This document shows positions 8,961 through 19,652 of a stretch of 64,000 nt of DNA, piece after piece. The number at the start of each line of letters is the position of its first letter. Within the stretch, counting starts at the first letter, position 1. The notes beneath the pieces are model-generated. The model saw only the letters and a program-made list of their open reading frames with translations, was not told where the DNA came from and did no database searches. A program made the translations under genes and the position numbers. The stretch spans positions 22,036 to 86,035 of the forward strand of contig JBGQJI010000001.1 in the NCBI GenBank assembly GCA_041498975.1, read 5' to 3'. The DNA comes from Candidatus Methylomirabilis sp. GTDB taxonomy: Bacteria > Methylomirabilota > Methylomirabilia > Methylomirabilales > Methylomirabilaceae.

Positions 8961-9667
8961 CTGATAGGCCTCAGTGCGGTGAGGAGCGGGACCGAAGCGA
9001 GCTTCTCGGTCGCGAGCAGCTCCCGGTACATGCCCTTCGGCCGCGGGTGCCGGCGCCGAATCCGGATGATCTCGTCGGGCGTCACGATGACATCAACCGA
9101 GATATCGCGAGGCAACACGTCGAACCGATCCTTGACGCTCTGGAATGGATGAACGGTCGTCAGGATGGTCGTCCGCTGCGTGACCTTGCCCGCTTCGATC
9201 AACAGGCCGGACTCCAGATCGGAATAGCCGTCCCCCTTCCCGAGTCGCCCCCCCTCCATGGTGACCGCCACCGAGCCGCAGACAATCAGATCGGTAGGCG
9301 GCAACCCCTCAACCCGTACCGCCCGCCCGGCACGAGAAGCTCCGCCGATGCTGGAGGCCTCGAATGGGCTCGCCTTCAGATGCGCAAGGTCGAGCTCGAT
9401 GAACGGTGTCATCGAGCGGAGCCGAGGCACCGCCATGAATAGGCGCTTGCCCTGCTCGAGGGCCAGCCGACGAACCGGCCGCTGGGGCAGGTCCGGGTCG
9501 GCCTTTATGACCTTAGCCGGTCGCCAGGCGTCAAGCTCACTCAGCCGCGCGGCTGCCGCCTCGGCCCCAACGAAGTTCGGAGAGCGACCGCAGGCGCCTG
9601 GGAAGCTCGAAACCTTGTGTTCCTGTAGCAGCCGCCAGACCGTCTCGCGGACCCGCTGTTTCTCCAT
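8957..9667 (-). CDS. 5-formyltetrahydrofolate cyclo-ligase family protein (MTHFSD-like)
   Basis: PNFVGAEAAA, DLIVCGSVAV, RLGKGDGYSDLE, VDVIVTP. Confidence 0.85.
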   Translation of the reverse strand: MEKQRVRETVWRLLQEHKVSSFPGACGRSPNFVGAEAAAARLSELDAWRPAKVIKADPDLPQRPVRRLALEQGKRLFMAVPRLRSMTPFIELDLAHLKASPFEASSIGGASRAGRAVRVEGLPPTDLIVCGSVAVTMEGGRLGKGDGYSDLESGLLIEAGKVTQRTTILTTVHPFQSVKDRFDVLPRDISVDVIVTPDEIIRIRRRHPRPKGMYRELLATEKLASVPLLTALRPIR

Positions 9668-9834
9668 CGTCGATCAACGGCACTCCGCCCCGGTCGCCCC
9701 ATCTCACCAGAGTCAGCGCGCTTTGTCAAGGACGAGGTGGCACTTCGAAACCCTCCATTGCCACTACCCCGACCTGGCTTGGCGTGGTACAATCACGACC
9801 CAAGCAAAGACGTCGCGAGGGGTCAGGAGAGACG

Positions 9835-10500
<666 letters not shown>

Positions 10501-10504
10501 AGAC

Positions 10505-10686
10505 GTCATTGCAAGCGACCAAATAAGCCGGAGCCCAGAGCCCTTCGGCGTCGCTCAGGATAAACTCCGCGAAGGGGCGGCAATTCGACATGCAGCGTCG
10601 TTGCGGGGCGGAGCCCCCTCGGCAATGCTCGGGGAAGGCCTGCTTCGACAGGGCTCAGCACAGGCTTCGACTCAGCTCAGGACAGG
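10505..10686. repeat. Composite REP-like palindromic element
   Basis: gtcattgcaagcg start, cccttcg...cgaaggg hairpin, two cttcgac..gctcag.acagg units; core shared with 12216-12405; between convergent genes. Confidence 0.6.
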
Positions 10687-10696
10687 CGAGGGATCC

Positions 10697-11104
10697 TTAT
10701 CCGGTGGCGTGTGGTAGGAGTTCGAGGCGTGGGATGAGTGTTCGGTCGAAGCGGCTGATGCCCGATGAACCGATCTCCGCCAAGCGATCTAGACAGGAAG
10801 CGAGGGATCGCCGTAGCGTCTCGACGTCGAGCCCGAGGTAATCTGCCGCGAAGTCATCGAGCAGCTCCGCTGCCCTCCCCAGCTTCGCGGCAGCCCGGTC
10901 GAAGTCACCGGCAACAAGATAGTGGAACCCCATGGCCACATGGACCAGCGCTTGATAGAAGATCCTGTCCGGCCCGCCCTTCGTCATCCAGATCAGCTCG
11001 AACAACTCGTGGGCTTCGAGGAAGTGGCCTGCATTGTAGGTCCGAACCGCCTCGAGCGTATCGGCATCGAGATCAGCGATCTCTTCCCTCATTGGATTGT
11101 TCAT
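10697..11104 (-). CDS. DUF309 domain protein
   Basis: YNAGHFLEAHELFELIW...YQALVHVAMGFHY pattern. Confidence 0.85.
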   Translation of the reverse strand: MNNPMREEIADLDADTLEAVRTYNAGHFLEAHELFELIWMTKGGPDRIFYQALVHVAMGFHYLVAGDFDRAAAKLGRAAELLDDFAADYLGLDVETLRRSLASCLDRLAEIGSSGISRFDRTLIPRLELLPHATG

Positions 11105-11112
11105 TTCCGAAT

Positions 11113-11161
11113 CCCTCGCATCTCCCTCTCCCTCCGCTGAAGGAGAGGGCTGGGGTGAGGG
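11113..11161. repeat. REP-like hairpin
   Basis: ccctc..ccctctcc-loop-ggagaggg..gaggg. Confidence 0.5.
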
Positions 11162-11172
11162 TTGGAAGAGCC

Positions 11173-12072
11173 TTATTTGTAGAATTCGGCCCGATCGCCG
11201 CTGGCCACCTGGATGATTTCTTTCATGGCCCCGCGCTTGACCGTGAAAACGACCCGCTCGCCGGCCCGCTTTCTCCAGAGGGCGCAGTAGAGGTCCGGCC
11301 TCGTGCCAACGCTCTGGAAGTCTACCGCGAGGACGACATCGCCCTCCTTGATGCCGGAGATGGCGGCCGGACCGTCAGGCACCAGGCCCGAGACCACGAC
11401 CCCTTCTTCGGTCTGATTGGGGAAGAACCCGACCCACGCCCGGCACCGCCGGCTGACGACCTTGCCGTGCTTGAGCAGCTCGTCGCGATTCCGCTCGAAC
11501 ATCTCCGCCGGGATCGCCAGGGAGTATTTCGCCACCTCGCTCAGATTCAATGACACGACGCCCACCACCTGCCCCTTCAGATCGAGCAACGGCCCGCCGC
11601 CGAAGCCCGGATTGAAGACGCTCGTCTTAATGCAACGATCCAGCATGTATTCCCAGTATGCATCAAAGTCGCCCAGATAGGTCACGTGTCCGCCGGCGAC
11701 TCTGCGGTCACTCTCCGAGCTGCTGGCCATGATGAAGACCGGCTGGCCAAGGCTGAGCTGCTGCGACGATCCCAGCGGCAAAGCCGGGAGCCTCGACCCG
11801 CTGATTTTGACGAGGGCAAGGCCGGTGTCGAAATCCTGGGCGGCGATGCTCCCGCGAAGCGACCGCCCATCCGGGAGGCTCACCCGGATGGACCTGGCGC
11901 CCAGTACGACGTAGTTGACGGTGAGGATGTAGCCGCGTGGATCGATGAGGGACCCTGATCCCATCCGTTCATCGCCCAGGGCCAGGCACGATGGGTGGTT
12001 GGCAACGACCTCGACGTGCAAGTTCACAACCGCTGGAAGAACGCGCTTGACCAACTCACAGGAAGCGTCCAC
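11173..12072 (-). CDS. S1C/HtrA-like trypsin-fold + PDZ protein lacking catalytic His/Ser
   Basis: GSGSLID, LTVNYVV, FNPGFGGGPL; PDZ region GPAAISGIKEGDVV. Confidence 0.8.
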   Translation of the reverse strand: MDASCELVKRVLPAVVNLHVEVVANHPSCLALGDERMGSGSLIDPRGYILTVNYVVLGARSIRVSLPDGRSLRGSIAAQDFDTGLALVKISGSRLPALPLGSSQQLSLGQPVFIMASSSESDRRVAGGHVTYLGDFDAYWEYMLDRCIKTSVFNPGFGGGPLLDLKGQVVGVVSLNLSEVAKYSLAIPAEMFERNRDELLKHGKVVSRRCRAWVGFFPNQTEEGVVVSGLVPDGPAAISGIKEGDVVLAVDFQSVGTRPDLYCALWRKRAGERVVFTVKRGAMKEIIQVASGDRAEFYK

Positions 12073-12133
12073 CGGATCGCTCCTTTCACGACTCGTTCAT
12101 CGGCGTCGGCTGCTTCACCGCATCACAGGGGGA

Positions 12134-12162
12134 ATTATACCCGGTCCGAATTGCTATAACAA
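12134..12162 (-). promoter_or_regulatory. Putative sigma70 promoter
   Basis: Minus strand TTGTTA-17 bp-TATAAT upstream of the HtrA-like gene. Confidence 0.5.
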
Positions 12163-12215
12163 TGGCTGAGTCCAATCCGAGAATGGGGTTAGACGATCTA
12201 CCCCTTCAACTTCCC

Positions 12216-12405
12216 GTCATTGCGGGCACCCGGAGGGTGTGCGGCAATCCGGCACGAAGTGTCGTTGCGAGGCGCAGCCCCCTCGGCAGTGCTCGGAGCA
12301 GGCTGCGCAATCCATCCGAGATTCCTCGCGCAGTTTACACTGAGCGCAGCGAATGTGCTCGACGTGACCTTCCAGGTCAGATTGCTTCACTTGGCTCGCA
12401 ATGAC
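12216..12405. repeat. Composite REP-like element with GTCATTGCG...CGCAATGAC ends
   Basis: Terminal inverted repeat; internal gtcgttgcgaggcgcagccccctcggcagtgctcgg nearly identical to the core at ~10597-10632. Confidence 0.65.
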
Positions 12406-12492
12406 AATTGCCATCTCTGTCCCTGAATCGAATACAATAAGGTGAGCCGCGCAAAGATCGAGGGTCGCTTGAGGGGATGATCGGTTTCCGAT

Positions 12493-13164
12493 ATGATGAC
12501 CCGTATGATCACCAACCGGCAGATCGGCATGGTGCTCCGGCTTGTGCGTCAGACGATCAGGGCCTGGGAGCCCGCCGCCCTCGGGAAGATCGCCGAAGAG
12601 TCGCAGGATCCCTTCCGGATCCTCATTTCCTGCATCCTGAGTCAACAGACCAAGGACGAAGTGACGGAGGCGGCCTCGGCACGACTGTATCGACTCGCCG
12701 ATCGTCCTGACACGATGCTCGCGCTCAGCGAGCGCCGGATCGCCAGGGCGATCTACCCGGTCAGCTTCTACAGGACCAAGGCCAGGACCATCCCCGAGGT
12801 CTGCCGGGCCCTCCTTGTCCGATTTGGCGGGCGCGTGCCGGACAGCCTCGAGGAGCTGCTCAGTCTTCATGGCGTCGGCCGGAAGACCGCGAACCTCGTT
12901 GTGACGGTCGGCTACCGCAAGGCCGGGATCTGCGTCGATACGCATGTCCACCGCATCTCTAACCGGTGGGGCTACGTCAAAACCAAAACGCCCGAGCAGA
13001 CCGAGATGGCCCTTCGGCAATACCTTCCGAGGCGGCATTGGATCTACTACAACGACCTCCTGGTCCCGTTCGGCCAGCACCTTTGCCGGCCGATCTCCCC
13101 CATCTGCAGCCGCTGTCCCATCGAACGCTGGTGCGCCAAGGTCGGCGTCACCATCCACCGATAA
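12493..13164 (+). CDS. nth: Endonuclease III
   Basis: HhH LHGVGRKTANLV, VDTHVHR, C-terminal Fe-S motif C-x6-C-x2-C-x5-C. Confidence 0.93.
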   Translation: MMTRMITNRQIGMVLRLVRQTIRAWEPAALGKIAEESQDPFRILISCILSQQTKDEVTEAASARLYRLADRPDTMLALSERRIARAIYPVSFYRTKARTIPEVCRALLVRFGGRVPDSLEELLSLHGVGRKTANLVVTVGYRKAGICVDTHVHRISNRWGYVKTKTPEQTEMALRQYLPRRHWIYYNDLLVPFGQHLCRPISPICSRCPIERWCAKVGVTIHR

Positions 13165-13376
13165 CACGAGCTGGGCAGGAAGTGATTGGTGGACACGGCC
13201 GAGAGACTGCAGGGCCCGTCTCGCCCAAGGACGGCGCAGCAAGCAGCGCCCCCACAACCCATACCCGAAACCTGCAATCCGCATTCAGCGGGATTGCTTC
13301 GCGTTGCTTTCAGTGAGACGGTTCCCGATAAGCTGGAACCAGCCTGCCAAACTTTGGTTCTCAGCCGATCTATACC

Positions 13377-14495
13377 TCAGAGCGGCTGGCGGAAGGGCTC
13401 GGTGTAGCCGGTCATCTCAAGGTACCCCGCCCCTGCGATCGGCCGGTCACCGGACGTCCCCGAGACCTCCACCGACCCCTCCCAGTAAATGACCTGTGTG
13501 CTGCCCTGTGTGTCCAGCTCCTGATCAGAGAATGCGGCCTGCACCGTGAGGTCGATCCGGCGGCCGGGAACCTGGACCCGCCAGCGGATCGGATATCGGC
13601 CGCGGGTCTTCGGGCTTTGCCACACCTCCTGCGGCTCCAATCGGAAAGCGCTGAGCTGCAAATGCTCGACCCGCCCGTCCGGATGGATCAGGCTGCCGCT
13701 CGAATGCGGATCAGGAAGACCATTCGCCTGGCGGAGCTGGTAGAGCATCAGCTCGGCTCCGTCATCAAGTTGCAACGCGAACCAATCCCATCCGACCTGA
13801 GAGGCCGTCAGTTGGTTGCTCCCGAACTCGTGATCCATCCAGCTTGATCCGGTCACCTTCTGCCGCTTGCCGGAGACGGTGAGCGTACCCTGGGTGGCCA
13901 GCCTGCTAAGAGAATAGTAGTGGGAGGCGCGGCCCAACCCTTCGGCCTTTTGGCTCACGCCGTCCCGACCATGAATCGCGGGCAGCTTGGTCGGAGTGAG
14001 GGTAAGGTCGATCGCATGCCCCTCGACGCTCGCGCTCAGGTGATGTGCGCGGCCATCTCCCCTGGCCGCCCACGCGCCGTTCCAGACCTTGAGCACCTCT
14101 GCCGAGGCGCCGGCCGAGCCCAAGGCGCCGCGGCTGCGGCGGTCCCAGTACAGGAGGCGGCGTTGATGCAGGTCCGAGATGGCGAAGTGCGCGAGGTAAA
14201 GATCGCGCACTGCCCAGCGAGACCGGCTATCACCCCGCAGGGAGGGATCGACGCCGACACGGAAGAAGGTGAGCTGGTAGCCAAAGGGCAGTCCGGCCTC
14301 GGTCCGAAGGTGGCCAGAATAGTACCACCATTCCGTCTTGAAACCCGGGTGCGAGGCGTGGTCCCGAGGAAACGCAAATCGATATCCAGGAAGCGCCTGC
14401 CGGAAGCCCTCTCGAGCCAGGGTTGAACCGGCAGCCAGAAGGCACAGGAACACGGACATCGGAATTTTCAACCATTGAATCCCAGGGGTTCTCAT
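13377..14495 (-). CDS. Secreted CrtC-like / lipocalin-like hydrolase (AttH-like)
   Basis: FPRDHASHP, TEWWY, WMDHEF, GWDW, YWEG, GYLEMTGY; signal peptide. Confidence 0.88.
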   Translation of the reverse strand: MRTPGIQWLKIPMSVFLCLLAAGSTLAREGFRQALPGYRFAFPRDHASHPGFKTEWWYYSGHLRTEAGLPFGYQLTFFRVGVDPSLRGDSRSRWAVRDLYLAHFAISDLHQRRLLYWDRRSRGALGSAGASAEVLKVWNGAWAARGDGRAHHLSASVEGHAIDLTLTPTKLPAIHGRDGVSQKAEGLGRASHYYSLSRLATQGTLTVSGKRQKVTGSSWMDHEFGSNQLTASQVGWDWFALQLDDGAELMLYQLRQANGLPDPHSSGSLIHPDGRVEHLQLSAFRLEPQEVWQSPKTRGRYPIRWRVQVPGRRIDLTVQAAFSDQELDTQGSTQVIYWEGSVEVSGTSGDRPIAGAGYLEMTGYTEPFRQPL

Positions 14496-14511
14496 CGCAG
14501 CCGTCTGTCAG

Positions 14512-17076
14512 CTACCCTTCGTATGCCACTGCTGTCGGGATGTCCAGCCTGGCCGCTCGCTTCGCCGGCAGGTACCCGGCGAGCAACGCTGCGCCGAGCG
14601 CAAGGACCGACGACTTGACCACGACCCACCAGGAGAACCGGAACTGAATGGTCCACCCGAACGACTGCTTGTTGATGACGTGGATTAGAATGAGTGAAAG
14701 GCAGATGCCCGCTAGAAGGCCGAGGACCTCGACCATCAGGCCGAGGAGGCCGGCTTCTCCAAGGACGACGCGCGCCACCTGCGCCCTGGTCGCCCCGACC
14801 GAGCGCAGCATGCCGATCTCCCGCTGGCGGCTGAGAACCGAGGCCCACAGGACATTGAAGACCCCGAGGACGGCAACCAGCACCGCGATCAGCTCCAAGG
14901 CGCGCGCCACGATGAAGGTGTTGTCAAAGATCTCGAGCACCTTGGCCTTCAGCGCCCGGTTCGAGCTGATCACGATCGCCGCATCCTGGCCTGCTAGCGC
15001 TGCCAGCCGACCGCGCACCGCCGCCTCGTCGGCTCCCGGCGCGAGATAGACCGCCAGGAGATCGGCCCCTCGGTCGCCCCACATCCTCGTCCACAGCGTC
15101 CGATCCATCACCACCTTGCCCCCGTCGGTCGCATAATCATAGAAGACCCCTGCGATCGGCAGTTCGACCCGACCGGTTGGAGTATCAAGGGGGAGTCGGT
15201 CACTCTCCTTCAGCCCTCGGGCCAGCGCCAGACTCTCCGAGATGATCACGCCCCTCCTGATCTTTGCATCACGGAGGATCCTCGCTGATTCTCCCGCCCT
15301 GAACAGGAGGTGCCCATGTCGCGCAACAACCTCAAAGTCCCCGGCCGCGAGCAGCGCATCCTGCCCGAGCAGCTCGACCCGACGACCGGTGAAGGGATCG
15401 AGGGCGGCGATCCCTTCGATGCGAGAAGCTCCTTCGACCAAGCCCTCCGGGAGCCGGGCCCCGCTCCCTCTCGCGAACCGCGCCGCCGGTGAAACGATCA
15501 GGTCGGCCCGGATCGTCTGCTCCACCCACAGCTCCACCGTCCGCCGGAAACTCCCGATCATGAGGGTGAGGCCGACCAGCATCGCGATCGCGGTCATCAT
15601 CGCAGCGACGGCGATCGCATTGCGCCCCACCTGAGACGAGAGGTTCCCGGAGGCGAGCTGCAGCAGTGGGGCCCGCCTGCCCCCGCACAGCGAATGCAGA
15701 CCTTCCCCTGCCCAGCGAAGGAGCTGGGGAGTGAAACAGGCGACCCCAAAGATGAGGCAGGCCAGGGAGAGATAGCCGAAGAGAGGAGCACCATCGATGG
15801 GGCCAGGCCTGGTGAAGAGGAATGAGGCACCCAGAAGCAGGAGGCCAAGGAGCAGAGAGGGGAGCGAGCGGCCGATCCAGCCTCTTTCATAGAAGCCGAG
15901 ATGCATCGCCTCATGCGGCCCGATCCGGCTCGCCGCATAGGCCGGGGCCAGAGAAGCGAGGAGCGCGCCGGCAGTGCCCAGGCCGATCGCCAACGCTGCG
16001 AGACCTGGGGTGACCTCGATCCCTTCCACCCGGAGGTAGGCGTAGAGAGCTGACACCGTCTGCGAGAGGGTGCGCAGGAGCGCCCGGCCAAGGAGCAGCC
16101 CACCGCCAAGCCCTAGAAGCGATCCCACGAGCCCCAGCCCAGCTCCTTCCGCGGCGAAGAGAGCGGCCACGCCCGACCGCGTGACACCGAGGGAACGGAG
16201 GATCCCGATCTGACGCCGCCGCTGAAGGACCGAAAGGGAGACCGCGTTGTACACCAGAAAGAGCCCGACCAGCAGGGCGATCGCGCTCAAGGCTGTCAGG
16301 TTCAGACGGAACGCCCTGAGCATCCTCTCGACCTGCTGGCTCCGCCGGGTCGGCCTCTCGATGGTCACATGCTTGGGGAGGAGCTTGGCAAGGCGCCCGC
16401 GGACCTCGTCAAGTGGGAGGTGTTCTCGGGTCACCAAGTCGATCCGGTCCAGTCGCCCGAGCTTATCCAAGACCACCTGGGCAGTGGCGATATCCAGGAC
16501 CGCCAGGTTTCCGTCGAACGCGCGAGCAGGCCCCTGCGGGGCCAGGAGCCCCTTGACGACAAAGCGCCGCCGTTTTGACCCGAGCACCAGGATAAGGTCG
16601 GAGCCTCTCTGCAGTCCGTTCTGCCTGGCAAACTCGGCCGTGACGAAGATCGCGTCGGGGCTGAGAAGCTCCTCGATCCTCGGCGCCCGCCCGCCATCGG
16701 CCATCCGGTATTCGCGAAATGGATCTTCAGCGAACAGATCGACGCCAAGGAGGAGAAGGGCTTCCGCAGGCCGGTCTGCGATGGGGGCAACCGCCTGAAC
16801 GATCGGGGCGGCCGCGATGACCCCCTCCACGTGTTGCACCGCAGGAAGGAGTCGCTCGTCTATCCCCAGCTCTCCGGCCGAGATCTGGAGAGTGGTTCGT
16901 CCCGCCACCACATCGATGGCCCGCTGGAAGGAGCGGAGGACGCTCTCGTTGGCCGCCTGGATCGCCGTGAAGGCGGCGACACCGATGGCGACGCCCGCCA
17001 CCGTCACGAGCACCCTGACCGGGCTCGTCCGAAGGTTTCGGACGGTGGTCAGCCGGATGACGCTCCAGGTCCGCAT
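14512..17076 (-). CDS. ABC transporter permease, duplicated FtsX/MacB type (AttFG-like)
   Basis: Two FtsX-like halves (IGILRSLG, IGMLRSVGA); VINKQSFGWTI. Confidence 0.9.
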   Translation of the reverse strand: MRTWSVIRLTTVRNLRTSPVRVLVTVAGVAIGVAAFTAIQAANESVLRSFQRAIDVVAGRTTLQISAGELGIDERLLPAVQHVEGVIAAAPIVQAVAPIADRPAEALLLLGVDLFAEDPFREYRMADGGRAPRIEELLSPDAIFVTAEFARQNGLQRGSDLILVLGSKRRRFVVKGLLAPQGPARAFDGNLAVLDIATAQVVLDKLGRLDRIDLVTREHLPLDEVRGRLAKLLPKHVTIERPTRRSQQVERMLRAFRLNLTALSAIALLVGLFLVYNAVSLSVLQRRRQIGILRSLGVTRSGVAALFAAEGAGLGLVGSLLGLGGGLLLGRALLRTLSQTVSALYAYLRVEGIEVTPGLAALAIGLGTAGALLASLAPAYAASRIGPHEAMHLGFYERGWIGRSLPSLLLGLLLLGASFLFTRPGPIDGAPLFGYLSLACLIFGVACFTPQLLRWAGEGLHSLCGGRRAPLLQLASGNLSSQVGRNAIAVAAMMTAIAMLVGLTLMIGSFRRTVELWVEQTIRADLIVSPAARFARGSGARLPEGLVEGASRIEGIAALDPFTGRRVELLGQDALLAAGDFEVVARHGHLLFRAGESARILRDAKIRRGVIISESLALARGLKESDRLPLDTPTGRVELPIAGVFYDYATDGGKVVMDRTLWTRMWGDRGADLLAVYLAPGADEAAVRGRLAALAGQDAAIVISSNRALKAKVLEIFDNTFIVARALELIAVLVAVLGVFNVLWASVLSRQREIGMLRSVGATRAQVARVVLGEAGLLGLMVEVLGLLAGICLSLILIHVINKQSFGWTIQFRFSWWVVVKSSVLALGAALLAGYLPAKRAARLDIPTAVAYEG

Positions 17077-17078
17077 GG

Positions 17079-17756
<678 letters not shown>

Positions 17757-17783
17757 TCGCTCTCCCGGGAAACGATGCGGCAC

Positions 17784-17811
17784 ATTATACGTGAGGCTTC
17801 AGCGAAGTCAA
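17784..17811 (-). promoter_or_regulatory. Sigma70 promoter for the ABC operon
   Basis: Minus strand TTGACT-16 bp-TATAAT. Confidence 0.55.
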
Positions 17812-17930
17812 CGCGCGCGCCCGCGAGAACCCTCCTGGAAAACTCCCTTTCCTCTCCCTCCCCTGCTAGAGTATAATGATTGCCTCTTATCTCTTCAAAC
17901 GAACTCGACCCCTGAGAGGGAGATGGCCCG

Positions 17931-19502
17931 ATGCTGATACAGCCGATCACGGTGGAGATCATCGATCAAATCAAGCCGATGATCTTCGATCTCGCCACCC
18001 GTTACCGGAAGACCCTGCGCGGCTGCCGCTATGCCGACATCCGCGTGGAGGTGGACGAGGGACAGTCCGCCGCGGCGGAGAACGGAGGGAGCAAGCATAG
18101 CAGCAAGGACTATGATTTTGCAGTCGGCATCCGCGCCCTGTCTGGCGACGACATGGTGGCGCCGGGCTATTTCGGACAATCGCTCGGGACAGCCGACCTG
18201 AGTCGGCTGGAACAGGTCGTGAAGGAAGGCCTCCGCCATGCGCACCACCGGGCCCGGGCCAATGCGGAACGAAAGGGAGCGATCAAGGGAGAGTTCGGCC
18301 CGCTGGCCGATGCCCTGACCAGCACAAGCCTTGCCCCCATCGAGATCCATCAGGACGTCGTCCCGGCCGTCTTCGCGATCGACCCACGTTCCGTTCCTTT
18401 GGAAGAGCTGGTCGCTCTCACAGCCGAGACCTCCCGGAGCTGCCTGGAGCTCGACTCCCGCGTCAAGTATACGTTCGTCTCGGCCTTCACGCTCTTGAGC
18501 CGGGAGTTGCTCTGCAGCTCCGAGGGCGCCAACATCGACCAGGGCTTTGCCCTGACTCAGGGGACCTGCTTCGTCGTCGCGGATGGCAAATCGGGCGCGC
18601 AGGAGTTGTACGATTACATGGGACATCAGCGCGGATGGGAGGTGGTCACCCGGGGAGTCCAAGAGGAGTTCATGCGTTTTCCGGATTTTCGGACCTTCTG
18701 CGCGCACCTCACGAAGGACGCCGTCAGCCTGTGCAGCGCCCGCCCGCTCAAGGCCACGGAGAACGAGGTCGTGGTCGTGACCGACCCCCACTACAACACG
18801 CTGAAGGTCCACGAGATCGTCGGCCACCCGACCGAGCTGGACCGCGCCCTGAAGATGGAGGCCGGCTACGCGGGCCGGAGCTGGCTCCTTGGGAACCTGA
18901 ACGAAACCCAAGTTGGCAAGATGATCGCCTCACCCCTGGTCTCGGCATTCTCCGACCCATCCCTTCCTGGGTATGGCCACTACACCTATGACCACGAAGG
19001 CACCCCGGGGAGAAGGGTGATGCATATCGACCATGGGGTCTTCGCAGGCTTCATGAACAGTCGCCAGACCGCGGCGGTCCTTGGCGCCCCACCGAACGGC
19101 TCCTACAAGGCGGCTGACGCCTCGCTGGTCCCGCTGATCAGGATGTCGAACACCGTGTTCGCCCCTGGCGATCAGGACCCGCAGGAAATCATCCGGGAGG
19201 TGGCGCACGGCTATTACCTTGTGGGGCATCGGACCCCATCCATCGCCGAATCCAGAGAAAACTTCCGGATCTCCGCCATGAAGGTCTACGAGATCAACCA
19301 GGGTCAGATCGGGGAGTTGTTCTGCAACGGCGGGATCATGGCCGATACCAAGGACTACCTGATGAAAGTTGATGCGGTGGGAAACGACTTCCGGCTCTAC
19401 CCGATCCCCAACTGCGGCAAGGGGCAGCCGATGCAAACCAAGCGGCTCGGCAACGGCGGCCCCACCATGCGCAGCCGCGCTCGCCTCACAGGAGTTAGCT
19501 AA
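17931..19502 (+). CDS. tldD: TldD metalloprotease
   Basis: HEIVGHPTELD, IRMSNT, NCGKGQP. Confidence 0.9.
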   Translation: MLIQPITVEIIDQIKPMIFDLATRYRKTLRGCRYADIRVEVDEGQSAAAENGGSKHSSKDYDFAVGIRALSGDDMVAPGYFGQSLGTADLSRLEQVVKEGLRHAHHRARANAERKGAIKGEFGPLADALTSTSLAPIEIHQDVVPAVFAIDPRSVPLEELVALTAETSRSCLELDSRVKYTFVSAFTLLSRELLCSSEGANIDQGFALTQGTCFVVADGKSGAQELYDYMGHQRGWEVVTRGVQEEFMRFPDFRTFCAHLTKDAVSLCSARPLKATENEVVVVTDPHYNTLKVHEIVGHPTELDRALKMEAGYAGRSWLLGNLNETQVGKMIASPLVSAFSDPSLPGYGHYTYDHEGTPGRRVMHIDHGVFAGFMNSRQTAAVLGAPPNGSYKAADASLVPLIRMSNTVFAPGDQDPQEIIREVAHGYYLVGHRTPSIAESRENFRISAMKVYEINQGQIGELFCNGGIMADTKDYLMKVDAVGNDFRLYPIPNCGKGQPMQTKRLGNGGPTMRSRARLTGVS

Positions 19503-19515
19503 AAACAGGAGCAAT

Positions 19516-19634
19516 GGCTTTCAGCCCTCAGCGGTCAGCAAGAACATGGGGAAGTGATAGGTGACTCACTACTCATCAAGATGCACCGCGCCATGTCTGT
19601 CCTTGTGTTAGCTGATTGTTAAGAGCTGAGAGCT
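19516..19634. repeat. Heptamer-based palindromic repeat
   Basis: ggctttcagccctcagcggtcagc ... gctgattgttaagagctgagagct. Confidence 0.55.
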
Positions 19635-19652
19635 TCCTAGCGGGGGACTTAT

